Shown here: one piece after another, positions 20,976 to 28,467 of the stretch
How positions within the stretch are numbered: the stretch's first letter is position 1
How the letters are laid out: the number at the start of each line of letters is the position of its first letter
Assembly (NCBI GenBank): GCA_963762255.1
Contig: CAVXKA010000001.1
Span: 1,184,001-1,248,000, forward strand
From: Candidatus Eiseniibacteriota bacterium
GTDB taxonomy: Bacteria; Eisenbacteria; RBG-16-71-46; JABDJR01
Direction: 5' to 3'
DNA length: 64,000 bases
Program-made: the position numbers and the translations under genes
Notes under the pieces: generated by a model
What the model was told of the DNA's origin: nothing
The model's database searches: none
The model's input: only the letters and a program-made list of their open reading frames with translations

Positions 20976-21047
20976 GGATGACGCTAGTGCTCGCCATCGG
21001 CGCGGCGGCGAAGCGCTGAGCCCGGATGGTGCAGCCCCTTGTTGAAC
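20976..21047 (-). repeat. Degenerate attC-like recombination site
   Basis: Minus strand: GTTCAAC-AAGGG-GCTGCACC...GGCGAGC-ACTAGC-GTCATCC. 5/6-bp spacers and one extra base in the L'' box; the R' box is imperfect. Confidence 0.4.
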
Positions 21048-21066
21048 GAGACAGGCGTCCACGCCC

Positions 21067-22563
21067 TTACTCATTGACAGGCCCCGTCATGCGGGTCTCG
21101 CCCAACTTCCCCAGCAAGTCACTCGCGATGTGCAGCAATTGTTCATCCACGTTGCCGCTCGGGTCGAACATCAGGCCGCCGACCCTGTTACTTTCGTCGA
21201 ACATCCCCACGGGAGCATCCGAGAACAAGATGGGGATAACGTGGCCGGATCCAAAGCGCTCCCTGAACTGTTCGGACTCAAACTTCGTCCAGATGCGGGT
21301 GGGGTATGCTGCTCCAAGTAGGCAGATCACAAACGCCGCTTCAGATCTGTAGATCGGTCCGAGATAGTCCTCGATGTCCTCGGCGAGCATGCGATGCTGC
21401 TCATTCTTGTCGTAAAACACCTGTACCTCGGCTTCTGTGAGTAGCTCGAATAGTCTTTGTGCAACAGTGCGATCCGAGCCAGCAAAGGAAAGCGCGAAGT
21501 CATAACGTGCTGGAAACACTGTATTGAGATAGCCTACCTTGCGGGAGAAGGCGTTCCACGGCAGATTGCGTAAGAAGAAGACGAATTGCGGATCTTGCAC
21601 AGCGAGAATGTGTGTAGACGGCTCGTAGTGAAGTAGCTCTTTGAATTCCTGGTTTCCTTCGATGAACGCCTGCAAGTAACCCTTCTCCACAACCTGGCCC
21701 ACGCCTCCGCGCTGATCCGGGTGCGTCACTATTTCTCGGTCGAGCTGGATTGTCCATTCACTGGCTTCAGCAACCCACTTGAGAATATGAAGATATGGCG
21801 CCCTCCCCTCACGTCGGAGTTTGGGTCCCGAAGCGAACTTCAGGGTCGCGTCCATAAATTTGGGGGAGAGCTGTGACAGTACCCGCGCACGGGTAAGCTC
21901 AAAGCTCGATTCGAGATCCTTGTGCTCCTCTGGAGCTTCAAGAACCTGAGCTTGCAGGCACGTTTCGTGGCAGAGCATCTGGGCGATGAAGAAACTGCCA
22001 TTTGACGCGGCGACAATTTCCTCGATGGTGTTAAAGGAAATGTTCATCGCCCTTTCGCCGAGCGCGGGGATCTGGCGCACGCGCTCGGGAGGATTGGCCT
22101 CAAAGGGTATGACATCGAGGCGTGTGGATAAATCTACACCGAAGTTGATCAATGCCTGACCTGCCTTGGCGATGCCGATCACTACTAGCTTGGTATCGGC
22201 TCGTTCTTCGTCGGCAAGAGTCTTGAGGAAGTCCGCCAGGTATCCCCGGACCTCGGTGCTGAGGCGATGGAAGTCATCGACGATAACGGTTCCTGCGCCC
22301 TTGAGTTCGGGAAGGGCCTTGATGATGTCAACGTCGTCGCGTTTCCGCGCGCTTAGCTTGAGCGAAGCCTTGGCGAGGCCGAGTTCATCGAGAGCTCTGG
22401 CCACGGCCGAGGTCTTTCCGATTCCGGAGGGGCCCTCAATCACGATCCCGCGTCCCGGGGTGCGAAGAGACACCAGCAGACGGTTGTACTCCGCCGGCTT
22501 AACAAAGGTATGCGTCGGTACGCCCGAGAGTTTGAAGACCTGTTCTAGCTTTGGTTCAGGCAA
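21067..22563 (-). CDS. P-loop (STAND-like) ATPase with C-terminal TIR domain
   Basis: Walker A GPSGIGKT, Walker B VIVDDFH. C-terminal YDFALSFAG..VFYDK..WTKFE. TTG start with GGAGGGAG RBS. Confidence 0.82.
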   Translation of the reverse strand: MPEPKLEQVFKLSGVPTHTFVKPAEYNRLLVSLRTPGRGIVIEGPSGIGKTSAVARALDELGLAKASLKLSARKRDDVDIIKALPELKGAGTVIVDDFHRLSTEVRGYLADFLKTLADEERADTKLVVIGIAKAGQALINFGVDLSTRLDVIPFEANPPERVRQIPALGERAMNISFNTIEEIVAASNGSFFIAQMLCHETCLQAQVLEAPEEHKDLESSFELTRARVLSQLSPKFMDATLKFASGPKLRREGRAPYLHILKWVAEASEWTIQLDREIVTHPDQRGGVGQVVEKGYLQAFIEGNQEFKELLHYEPSTHILAVQDPQFVFFLRNLPWNAFSRKVGYLNTVFPARYDFALSFAGSDRTVAQRLFELLTEAEVQVFYDKNEQHRMLAEDIEDYLGPIYRSEAAFVICLLGAAYPTRIWTKFESEQFRERFGSGHVIPILFSDAPVGMFDESNRVGGLMFDPSGNVDEQLLHIASDLLGKLGETRMTGPVNE

Positions 22564-22783
22564 GTAACGCTCCCTCCAGTTGACCGCGACTCCACATTGT
22601 TCGTTCGACGCCAATCGGACTGCGGAGTATGACTGCCATGTCGATTATCCGAGTCCAGCGCAGCCTGCGGCACGCAGATACATCGAAGGGCGTTGATTCA
22701 TACAGGACTCTTCTCCCTCATGTCTGCGGATCGCCACTATGGATAGGCTGGAGCCGCCGGTGCGAGTCAGCGAAGTCGCCCCC

Positions 22784-23272
22784 CTACTTCCCCACCAAAT
22801 GCGCCTCCAGGAACCACAGCATCTTGTCCACCGCGCGCGAGATCTCGGTGAGGAGATCCTCGGTGCCCGTATCGTCGGCCTTGTCGGCCTCTTCGATGGC
22901 TGCGCGCACTGTCGTCGCAAACGCGCTGACCGACGCAACGATCGCCTTCAGGTGCGCGTCCCCACCCGCCGTGCCCAGCTTGTAAGCAGGCAACCGAGTG
23001 CGGTCGGCCACCGACGCCAGCGTGCCCTCGGCGGTGCCGCCCAATTGAACCGCGCGCTCGGCCATGAGATCGGCCCAGTCGCCCGCCTCCGCATAGAGCT
23101 TGTCGAACAGCTCGTGCAGCGGGAGGAAGTGCGGGCCCTTCACGTTCCAGTGCGCCTGCTTGGCCTGGAGTGCGAGGTGCAGCGCGTCGGCCAGCCCCGC
23201 GTTCAACAGGTCCACCATGGCGGCGCGGGCGATCTTGGGAAGGTCGTTCTTCGTGGGGTTCAGCTTGGGCAT
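22784..23272 (-). CDS. dps: DNA protection during starvation protein Dps
   Basis: KQAHWNVKGPHFLPLHELFD, DLMAERAVQLGG, DKMLWFLEAH. Confidence 0.95.
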   Translation of the reverse strand: MPKLNPTKNDLPKIARAAMVDLLNAGLADALHLALQAKQAHWNVKGPHFLPLHELFDKLYAEAGDWADLMAERAVQLGGTAEGTLASVADRTRLPAYKLGTAGGDAHLKAIVASVSAFATTVRAAIEEADKADDTGTEDLLTEISRAVDKMLWFLEAHLVGK

Positions 23273-23321
23273 CAATCGTGTCCTTCCTCCGCGACCGGAA
23301 CCGATCCGGCCTCGGTGGGTT

Positions 23322-23762
23322 CTAGCCAAGTGCGGCAAGCACTTCGGCCGGATGGCTCTTCACGTCCACCTTGGGATAGGCCTGCAGGATCTTGCCGTCG
23401 GGGCCGATCACGTAGGTGATACGATCGGCGTAGGCTTGATCGGGATCGGAGGCCGCGTGGTAGTCCACGCCGATCCGGCGATCCTCGTCGGAGAGGAGTA
23501 GGAACGGGAGCTCGAGCTTCCTGGCGAAAGCTCTGTTGTCATGCACCGTATCGAAACTCACCCCCAACACCACCGCGTTCTTGGATTCGAATTGCTGGAT
23601 TCCGTCCCGGAACCCTTGTGCTTCGACCGTTCACCCGCCGGTGTCGGCCTTGGGGTAGAACCACAGGACGACCAGCTTCCCTTTGAAGTCGGAGAGGCGG
23701 ACCTTCGCCCCGGTGTGCGCCGTCGCGACGAATGCAGGCGCGTGATCGCCGACATTGAGCAT
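23322..23762 (-). CDS. Selenocysteine-containing peroxiredoxin (BCP/PrxQ family), in-frame UGA at 23631-23633
   Basis: Manual translation MLNVGDHAPAF...WFYPKADTGG-U-TVEAQGFRD continues into ORF 23322..23573. AGGAG RBS; hairpin immediately downstream of the UGA. Confidence 0.88.
23587..23626 (-). promoter_or_regulatory. Putative bacterial SECIS element
   Basis: Apical stem GGGUUCCG/CGGAAUCC with G-first loop GGA, starting 15 nt after the UGA. Lower stem UCGAA/UUCGA. Confidence 0.7.
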
Positions 23763-23816
23763 GGGCATCTCCTTGAAGAGCGGCCGCGGCTGGGTCTGGG
23801 GGAGCCCCTATCCAAG

Positions 23817-24713
23817 GTGCATGCGACCCGCCGTGCGAGGCAGCATATCACGACGGCGCTGCTGCTTGCGACCGTTGGTGTAGTTTCGGCGGCCGCGTTG
23901 CTGGGTCCCGCGCCGGTCGCGTCCGCGGTGGGGGACGCGAGCCTGAGCGCGCCGCGCTGGGCGGCGGTCGTTCCCGGCATCGAGTTCGCCCGCGTCGAGG
24001 CCGCGCGCTATTGCCGACAAGGAAGCACCGGAATCGGGGTCGTGCGTATGGATCCCTCGCGGTGCCGCCTCGAACCCTTCCACGAGACCGAGTACCCCGG
24101 CGCGGCCGCGGTCGGGGTTCAGGGGTGGATGGACCGCCTCAAGGCCCCGATCGTCTTCAACGCCGGCCTTTATGACGAAGCTCGCAGACACCTGGGCACG
24201 TTGCAGCGGGACGGCAAGCGGCTGGAGTCGGTCAAGCACACGCGCTGGCTGGCGCTCTTGGTGTCGGGGCCGAAGGCGCCCGACCTCCCCGCGGCGGCGA
24301 TCCTCGACCTGGGAGTGGCGGCGGAGCGCGGTTGGGCGGGCCAGTACCGCAACGCGGTCCAGTGCATGATGCTCTTCGACGGCTCGGGCGAGGCGCGCGT
24401 GCGCCGGTCGGAGAATGTCGCGCCCCTGACGTTGCTCGCGGCGGACGAGGCCGGCCGGTTGCTGGTCTTCGTCACCGAAGGGGGATTCACCCTCTGGGAG
24501 AGCGCGCTCTTGTTGCGCGAGGCGGGCCTGGGGCTGGTGCGCGCGATGGCGCTGGACGGCGGGCGGCAGGCGTCGCTGGCCGTGGAAGGCGGCGGCGTGA
24601 GCTATCGGTCGTACGCGCCGTCCGGCGGCTCGGTCAGCGCGGGCGAGGTGCTGCGCGCGGCGACCACGCTCCCGGCGGTGGTGGCGGTGAGGGCGGGGGC
24701 GGCGTCGAACTAG
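23817..24713 (+). CDS. Phosphodiester glycosidase (NAGPA-like) family exported protein
   Basis: Signal peptide, VFNAGLY, AMALDGGRQASL. Start uncertain. Confidence 0.65.
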   Translation: MHATRRARQHITTALLLATVGVVSAAALLGPAPVASAVGDASLSAPRWAAVVPGIEFARVEAARYCRQGSTGIGVVRMDPSRCRLEPFHETEYPGAAAVGVQGWMDRLKAPIVFNAGLYDEARRHLGTLQRDGKRLESVKHTRWLALLVSGPKAPDLPAAAILDLGVAAERGWAGQYRNAVQCMMLFDGSGEARVRRSENVAPLTLLAADEAGRLLVFVTEGGFTLWESALLLREAGLGLVRAMALDGGRQASLAVEGGGVSYRSYAPSGGSVSAGEVLRAATTLPAVVAVRAGAASN

Positions 24714-24726
24714 GGCGCGCTTCCGA

Positions 24727-25017
24727 TCATGCGCTCAATGCCGCCGCGACCGCCTTCGGATTCCGTGCAGCGACTCGAAGTAGAGCCTGCGCAGGCCCAT
24801 CCGGGACTCGCCGACCCTGCTCCCAGTTTCGGAGTGTGGCCACACTGACCCCGATCATCATCGCGAACTCGGTCTGCGACTTCCCAAGGCTGTCTCGGAT
24901 AGCCCTGATGTCGGCGGGTTTGAAGGTGATCGCGCGACTCGGTCGCATCTTCTTGCGCCGAATCTTCCCGGCCTGTCGAACACTCTTGACGAGGTCGTCG
25001 AAGTCCTTCTGTTTCAT
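24727..25017 (-). CDS. HigA-like Xre-HTH antitoxin
   Basis: SQTEFAMMIGVSVATLRNWEQGRRVPDGPA. Overlaps the toxin stop. Confidence 0.9.
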   Translation of the reverse strand: MKQKDFDDLVKSVRQAGKIRRKKMRPSRAITFKPADIRAIRDSLGKSQTEFAMMIGVSVATLRNWEQGRRVPDGPAQALLRVAARNPKAVAAALSA

Positions 25018-25331
25018 TTGAACTCCTCCCGGACGATTCTGGCTAGGACTCGAAGCTGCACCGGTGTCAGATCCTCCTGGATAGCCTTGCCGTATACGAA
25101 AAGCATGTAGAACACCTGCTCATCGGGCTGCCAGTAGTAGATCACTCGAACACCGCCGCGCTTTCCAACGCCCTTGGGCGCCCAGCGGATCTTTCGCAGC
25201 CCACCCCCGCCCTTAATGAGCGGGCCCTGCTCAGGGCGCAGCAACAGTGCGATTTGGAGCGTCCTGTAGTCCTCGTCCGCCAGCAGGTCTTTCACCCTCT
25301 TCGTGAAGACCGGAGTTTCAACAAAACGCAT
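25014..25331 (-). CDS. HigB-2/RelE family toxin
   Basis: FVETPVFT, GGLRKIRW..GKRGGVRVIYY. Confidence 0.92.
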   Translation of the reverse strand: MRFVETPVFTKRVKDLLADEDYRTLQIALLLRPEQGPLIKGGGGLRKIRWAPKGVGKRGGVRVIYYWQPDEQVFYMLFVYGKAIQEDLTPVQLRVLARIVREEFK

Positions 25332-25336
25332 ATGGC

Positions 25337-25365
25337 ACTATACGCCAATGGCGTACCTTAGTCAA
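25337..25365 (-). promoter_or_regulatory. Sigma70 promoter with overlapping operator (higBA-1), leaderless
   Basis: TTGACT-17-TATAGT, 5 nt before ATG. Palindrome TACGCC-att-GGCGTA. Confidence 0.75.
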
Positions 25366-25408
25366 CCCGGCTGCTTCGAGTCTGTCAAACCCGATATTGT
25401 GTGGATAC

Positions 25409-25436
25409 CGTGATGCTCACCCGGGTGAGCATCACG
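25409..25436. repeat. Palindromic element copy 1 (28-bp perfect palindrome)
   Basis: CGTGATGCTCACCC|GGGTGAGCATCACG. Confidence 0.9.
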
Positions 25437-25449
25437 CTTCCCGATTCGA

Positions 25450-25815
25450 CTACCCCCGCAGGGACTGCGGGTAGAGTGCCTCTCCCGCTGCGGTGAGCTT
25501 CTCAAGCCACATGGTCTTCAGGATGCGCAGCTCCTCTGTCGGATCGTAGGTCGGCTCGTCCACCGGGGGCAGGGTATCCAGCGTCTCGAACGTGAACGCT
25601 TCCGTCCCGTGCTCATTCCAGTCGCTCTGGAGTTCCTTGTCCGCGTGCGAGCCGTTCTCCAACTGGAACCGCTGCCGGTTGAGCATTCCCGGGATGTCGG
25701 GGGTCGAGCCGATCAGCGACTTCCCGCTGACGGTGTTGCGGATCCGGAAGATGCCCGCGGGGCGGGGCGTCTCCTTGTACTCGCGCGCGAGCGCCTTGCG
25801 GTCGATGGGGTTCAC
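25450..25815 (-). CDS. Small GIY-YIG-like protein
   Basis: AGIFRIRN..SLIGS..LNRQRFQL..GSH..LQSDW. GTG start. Confidence 0.75.
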   Translation of the reverse strand: MNPIDRKALAREYKETPRPAGIFRIRNTVSGKSLIGSTPDIPGMLNRQRFQLENGSHADKELQSDWNEHGTEAFTFETLDTLPPVDEPTYDPTEELRILKTMWLEKLTAAGEALYPQSLRG

Positions 25816-25865
25816 CTGACGTCTTCCTTGGCCGGCCTTCGCGTGTGAGGGCACATGACGTAGGG

Positions 25866-26141
25866 CTAGGCTGCGACCTCCAAGAGGATCCTGGGGTTGC
25901 GATTCGCGATCGACAACAGGGTCCGCGCCGGTCCAGATGGCGTTCGGCGCCCCTGTTCCCATTCCTGGAGCGTTCGGATCGAAACTCCGAGCAAGCGGGC
26001 GAACTCGCTCTGCGAAAGGCCGACCTTCGCCCGGATCTCGGCAATCGGAGGAAGCGTGATCACTCGACCCACTTCACCGCGCTTCAGTTCACGAATGCCT
26101 GTCAGTATCTCCTGGCCAATGTCCCGACGGGGCTTAGTCAC
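25866..26141 (-). CDS. HigA-like Xre-HTH antitoxin (second copy)
   Basis: LSQSEFARLLGVSIRTLQEWEQGRRTPSGPA. Confidence 0.9.
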   Translation of the reverse strand: MTKPRRDIGQEILTGIRELKRGEVGRVITLPPIAEIRAKVGLSQSEFARLLGVSIRTLQEWEQGRRTPSGPARTLLSIANRNPRILLEVAA

Positions 26142-26448
26142 TTTCAATCTCCTGTCTGATTCTCCGTAGGACGCGCGCGGAGATCGTCTCGGCTTCATTC
26201 TTGGCGTAAATGGTCAACATCCAGATCAAGGCCATTTGGACCCTCTGGAAATAGATGACCCTGACACCTCCCCGCTTCCCGCGGCCCTCAGCACCCCATC
26301 GGATCTTGCGGACACCGCCAGAGCCGGGAATGACGGTTCCAGCCTCAGGATTTTCAGCGAGCGCTTCTTGGAGGCCGCGGTACTCATCGTCGCTGAGGTA
26401 CTCCCCTACGAGCCGAGTGAAGAGGGGCGTCTCAACGAAGGTGAACAT
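26134..26448 (-). CDS. HigB-2/RelE family toxin (second copy)
   Basis: FVETPLFT, GGVRKIRW..GKRGGVRVIY. Confidence 0.92.
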   Translation of the reverse strand: MFTFVETPLFTRLVGEYLSDDEYRGLQEALAENPEAGTVIPGSGGVRKIRWGAEGRGKRGGVRVIYFQRVQMALIWMLTIYAKNEAETISARVLRRIRQEIESD

Positions 26449-26454
26449 GTGGTG

Positions 26455-26483
26455 ACTATACGTCAGAGACGTATGGCTGTCAA
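26455..26483 (-). promoter_or_regulatory. Sigma70 promoter with overlapping operator (higBA-2), leaderless
   Basis: TTGACA-17-TATAGT, 6 nt before ATG. Palindrome ATACGTC-tct-GACGTAT. Confidence 0.78.
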
Positions 26484-26510
26484 CCCTTGATTGCCCGCTG
26501 AACCTGACGC

Positions 26511-26620
26511 CTAGGCGCCTTCCAACTGTCGCTTGATCTCATCCCAAGACGAGTACTTCCCTGGATCGCTCTCGTGCCTGCGAAGTCGCCGCTCCGCCTC
26601 TTCGCGCTGGGCCGGCGCAA
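26511..26620 (-). pseudogene. 3' remnant of an addiction-module antitoxin
   Basis: AQREEAERRLRRHESDPGKYSSWDEIKRQL resembles the C-terminus of addiction-module antidotes. No plausible 5' half. Confidence 0.5.
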
Positions 26621-26643
26621 AATCGAACGATCGCCGCCTACCG

Positions 26644-26669
26644 GCCCTGCTCACCCGGGTGAGCAGGGC
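26644..26669. repeat. Palindromic element copy 2 (26-bp perfect palindrome)
   Basis: GCCCTGCTCACCC|GGGTGAGCAGGGC. Confidence 0.9.
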
Positions 26670-26697
26670 GCCGCTCACGCTTTCGGCGGGGTCGACA

Positions 26698-27042
26698 TCA
26701 AAGCGACAACACCAGCCGCAGTCCAGACTCGACGGAGTCCAGGGCGGTGGCAGAGAGAGTTCCCACGCGCTCAACCAGGAACTCCCGATCCAGCGTCAAG
26801 AGCTGCGACACGTTCACGACAGACTCACGTGAAAGCTTGCTCTGCCGGCGCGTCAGGCGGACGTTCCCGGGAGCATCGGCGAGACGGAGGTTGGAGGTGA
26901 TCGCCGCAACGACGACGGTCCCGATCTGGCTCGCATTGAAGGAATCCGCCTGGACGACAAGCACGGGACGTCGAAAGCCGGGCTCGGAGCCACGTGGGTT
27001 CGGGAGATCCGCCCACCAAATCTCACCCCGCTTCACTACCAC
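26698..27042 (-). CDS. MazF/PemK family toxin
   Basis: KRGEIWWADL..GSEPGFRRPVLVVQ..FN..AITSN. Confidence 0.93.
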   Translation of the reverse strand: MVVKRGEIWWADLPNPRGSEPGFRRPVLVVQADSFNASQIGTVVVAAITSNLRLADAPGNVRLTRRQSKLSRESVVNVSQLLTLDREFLVERVGTLSATALDSVESGLRLVLSL

Positions 27043-27278
27043 TCCTCGGGCCGAAGTGTCGCCGTCTGCATCCGCTGCAGAACGGGATCGACCTTGGAAA
27101 TGGACGGATCCAGCGCGTAGACCTCGTTCAGCGCGTCCGTGACGCTCTGGCCTTTGTGACGTTCAAGGAAGGCGCCAAGGGCCCGTTGATAGAGTTCGCT
27201 CCGCGAGAGACGGAGCCGCTTGGCCGCCAGCTCTGCCGCTTTGAAAAGATCGTCCGGCAGGGAGATAGCTGTTTTCAT
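27036..27278 (-). CDS. RHH antitoxin partner of MazF-like toxin
   Basis: MKTAISLPDDLF..LSRSELYQRAL. Overlaps the toxin start. Confidence 0.85.
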   Translation of the reverse strand: MKTAISLPDDLFKAAELAAKRLRLSRSELYQRALGAFLERHKGQSVTDALNEVYALDPSISKVDPVLQRMQTATLRPEEW

Positions 27279-27285
27279 GGACGAA

Positions 27286-27314
27286 AGTATAACCAAAGTT
27301 ATACCCGGCGTCAA
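27286..27314 (-). promoter_or_regulatory. Sigma70 promoter with operator (mazEF-like), leaderless
   Basis: TTGACG-17-TATACT, 7 nt before ATG. Palindrome GTATAAC-tttg-GTTATAC. Confidence 0.75.
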
Positions 27315-27324
27315 GCGCGGGACT

Positions 27325-27344
27325 GTGCTCACCCGGGTGAGCAC
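27325..27344. repeat. Palindromic element copy 3 (20-bp perfect palindrome)
   Basis: GTGCTCACCC|GGGTGAGCAC. Confidence 0.9.
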
Positions 27345-27387
27345 CCGCCGCTTCTCCCCGCTGCGGATGACCCCGCATCGGCGGAAT

Positions 27388-27798
27388 TCACGCTTCCGTG
27401 TAGGGAACGAGATGCAGGCGGACCCATTTCGCCAGAGCCGGTTCGGACAAATCGCCCGCCGCGAGCTTCAGCATCACCCCAACCACATCGGCCTCGGGGG
27501 CCTCAAGGTCGTATCCGTTCAGTCCCAGGAAGACCAGCATGGCGAGAAACGCGACCCTCTTGTTTCCATCTCGATACGGGTGATTGCGGGCCAGACCGAA
27601 ACCGTATGTCGCCGCCAGGGTGGCGATGCTCACGCTACGTCGGTAGACCCACCGGTGCCGTGGGCGGGCAAGAGCGGATTCCAGGGCATTTTCATCCCGA
27701 ATCCCGGGCAGGCCGCCGTGCGTCCGGATGAGATCCATGTGCACGGCGTCCAGCACCACCCGGTCCACCCATGTCGGCTCAGGGCGCTGTCCGGGCAT
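27388..27798 (-). CDS. Doc (Fic-family) toxin
   Basis: HGGLPGIRD..LESALARP, NHPYRDGNKR. Confidence 0.92.
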   Translation of the reverse strand: MPGQRPEPTWVDRVVLDAVHMDLIRTHGGLPGIRDENALESALARPRHRWVYRRSVSIATLAATYGFGLARNHPYRDGNKRVAFLAMLVFLGLNGYDLEAPEADVVGVMLKLAAGDLSEPALAKWVRLHLVPYTEA

Positions 27799-27801
27799 GA
27801 T

Positions 27802-28029
27802 CTACTTCGCCAACTCCCGCAGCGCGTTCCGATACTTGCGCGCCGCCCGGGCCGCGATGGCCAACGCACGCTCGACGGTAGGGTCGTAGGGCGTCAGGAG
27901 GATTCCGCGGTCCGTCTCTATGGCAAGGACTCGATCGCCCACCTCGAGATGGAGCCGTTCCGCCATTTCTTTGGGAAGGGTGGCTCCGATGGAACCGCCG
28001 ACCTGACGAAGGACGATGTCTCGCGTCAT
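27802..28029 (-). CDS. AbrB/MazE-type antitoxin
   Basis: LRQVGGSIGATLPKE..YRNALRELAK, directly upstream of doc. Confidence 0.88.
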   Translation of the reverse strand: MTRDIVLRQVGGSIGATLPKEMAERLHLEVGDRVLAIETDRGILLTPYDPTVERALAIAARAARKYRNALRELAK

Positions 28030-28083
28030 GCTGTCTCCTGGGTGAGTGACCCGGTGGTTGCCGGCCAGTGTAGCACAAAAATG

Positions 28084-28467
28084 CTACGCCTTCCCCGCCT
28101 TCCCCAGCGCTTGATACGCCATGGCGAACAGCACCAGGAACACGGCGTCGGCAATCGCGAACGGCTTCCACATGCCGGGGATCCCGCTCGTGAGCCAGTA
28201 ATAGAACACGACCCCGCAGTAGGACGCCTTGAGCAGGATGCCGTAGGGGATGAGGTTCCTGTTGGCCACCGGATTGCGGGCCACCGCCAGGAACATGATC
28301 GCGAAGACGATCAGCAGGAGCCCGGGGAACTGGACGTAGCCGAAGTGGTTGGGCGGCGGCACGTTGAACCGCTGGAACATTGCGGCCCCGGCGAGCAGGA
28401 ACGCCAGACCGAGGATCCCGTCGTAGAGCGCGGCGATCACGAAGAACGGCCGGATAATGCCTCTCAA
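28084..28467 (-). CDS. Small multi-TM membrane protein
   Basis: About four hydrophobic segments. TTG start overlaps the radical SAM stop (TTGA). Confidence 0.7.
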   Translation of the reverse strand: MRGIIRPFFVIAALYDGILGLAFLLAGAAMFQRFNVPPPNHFGYVQFPGLLLIVFAIMFLAVARNPVANRNLIPYGILLKASYCGVVFYYWLTSGIPGMWKPFAIADAVFLVLFAMAYQALGKAGKA

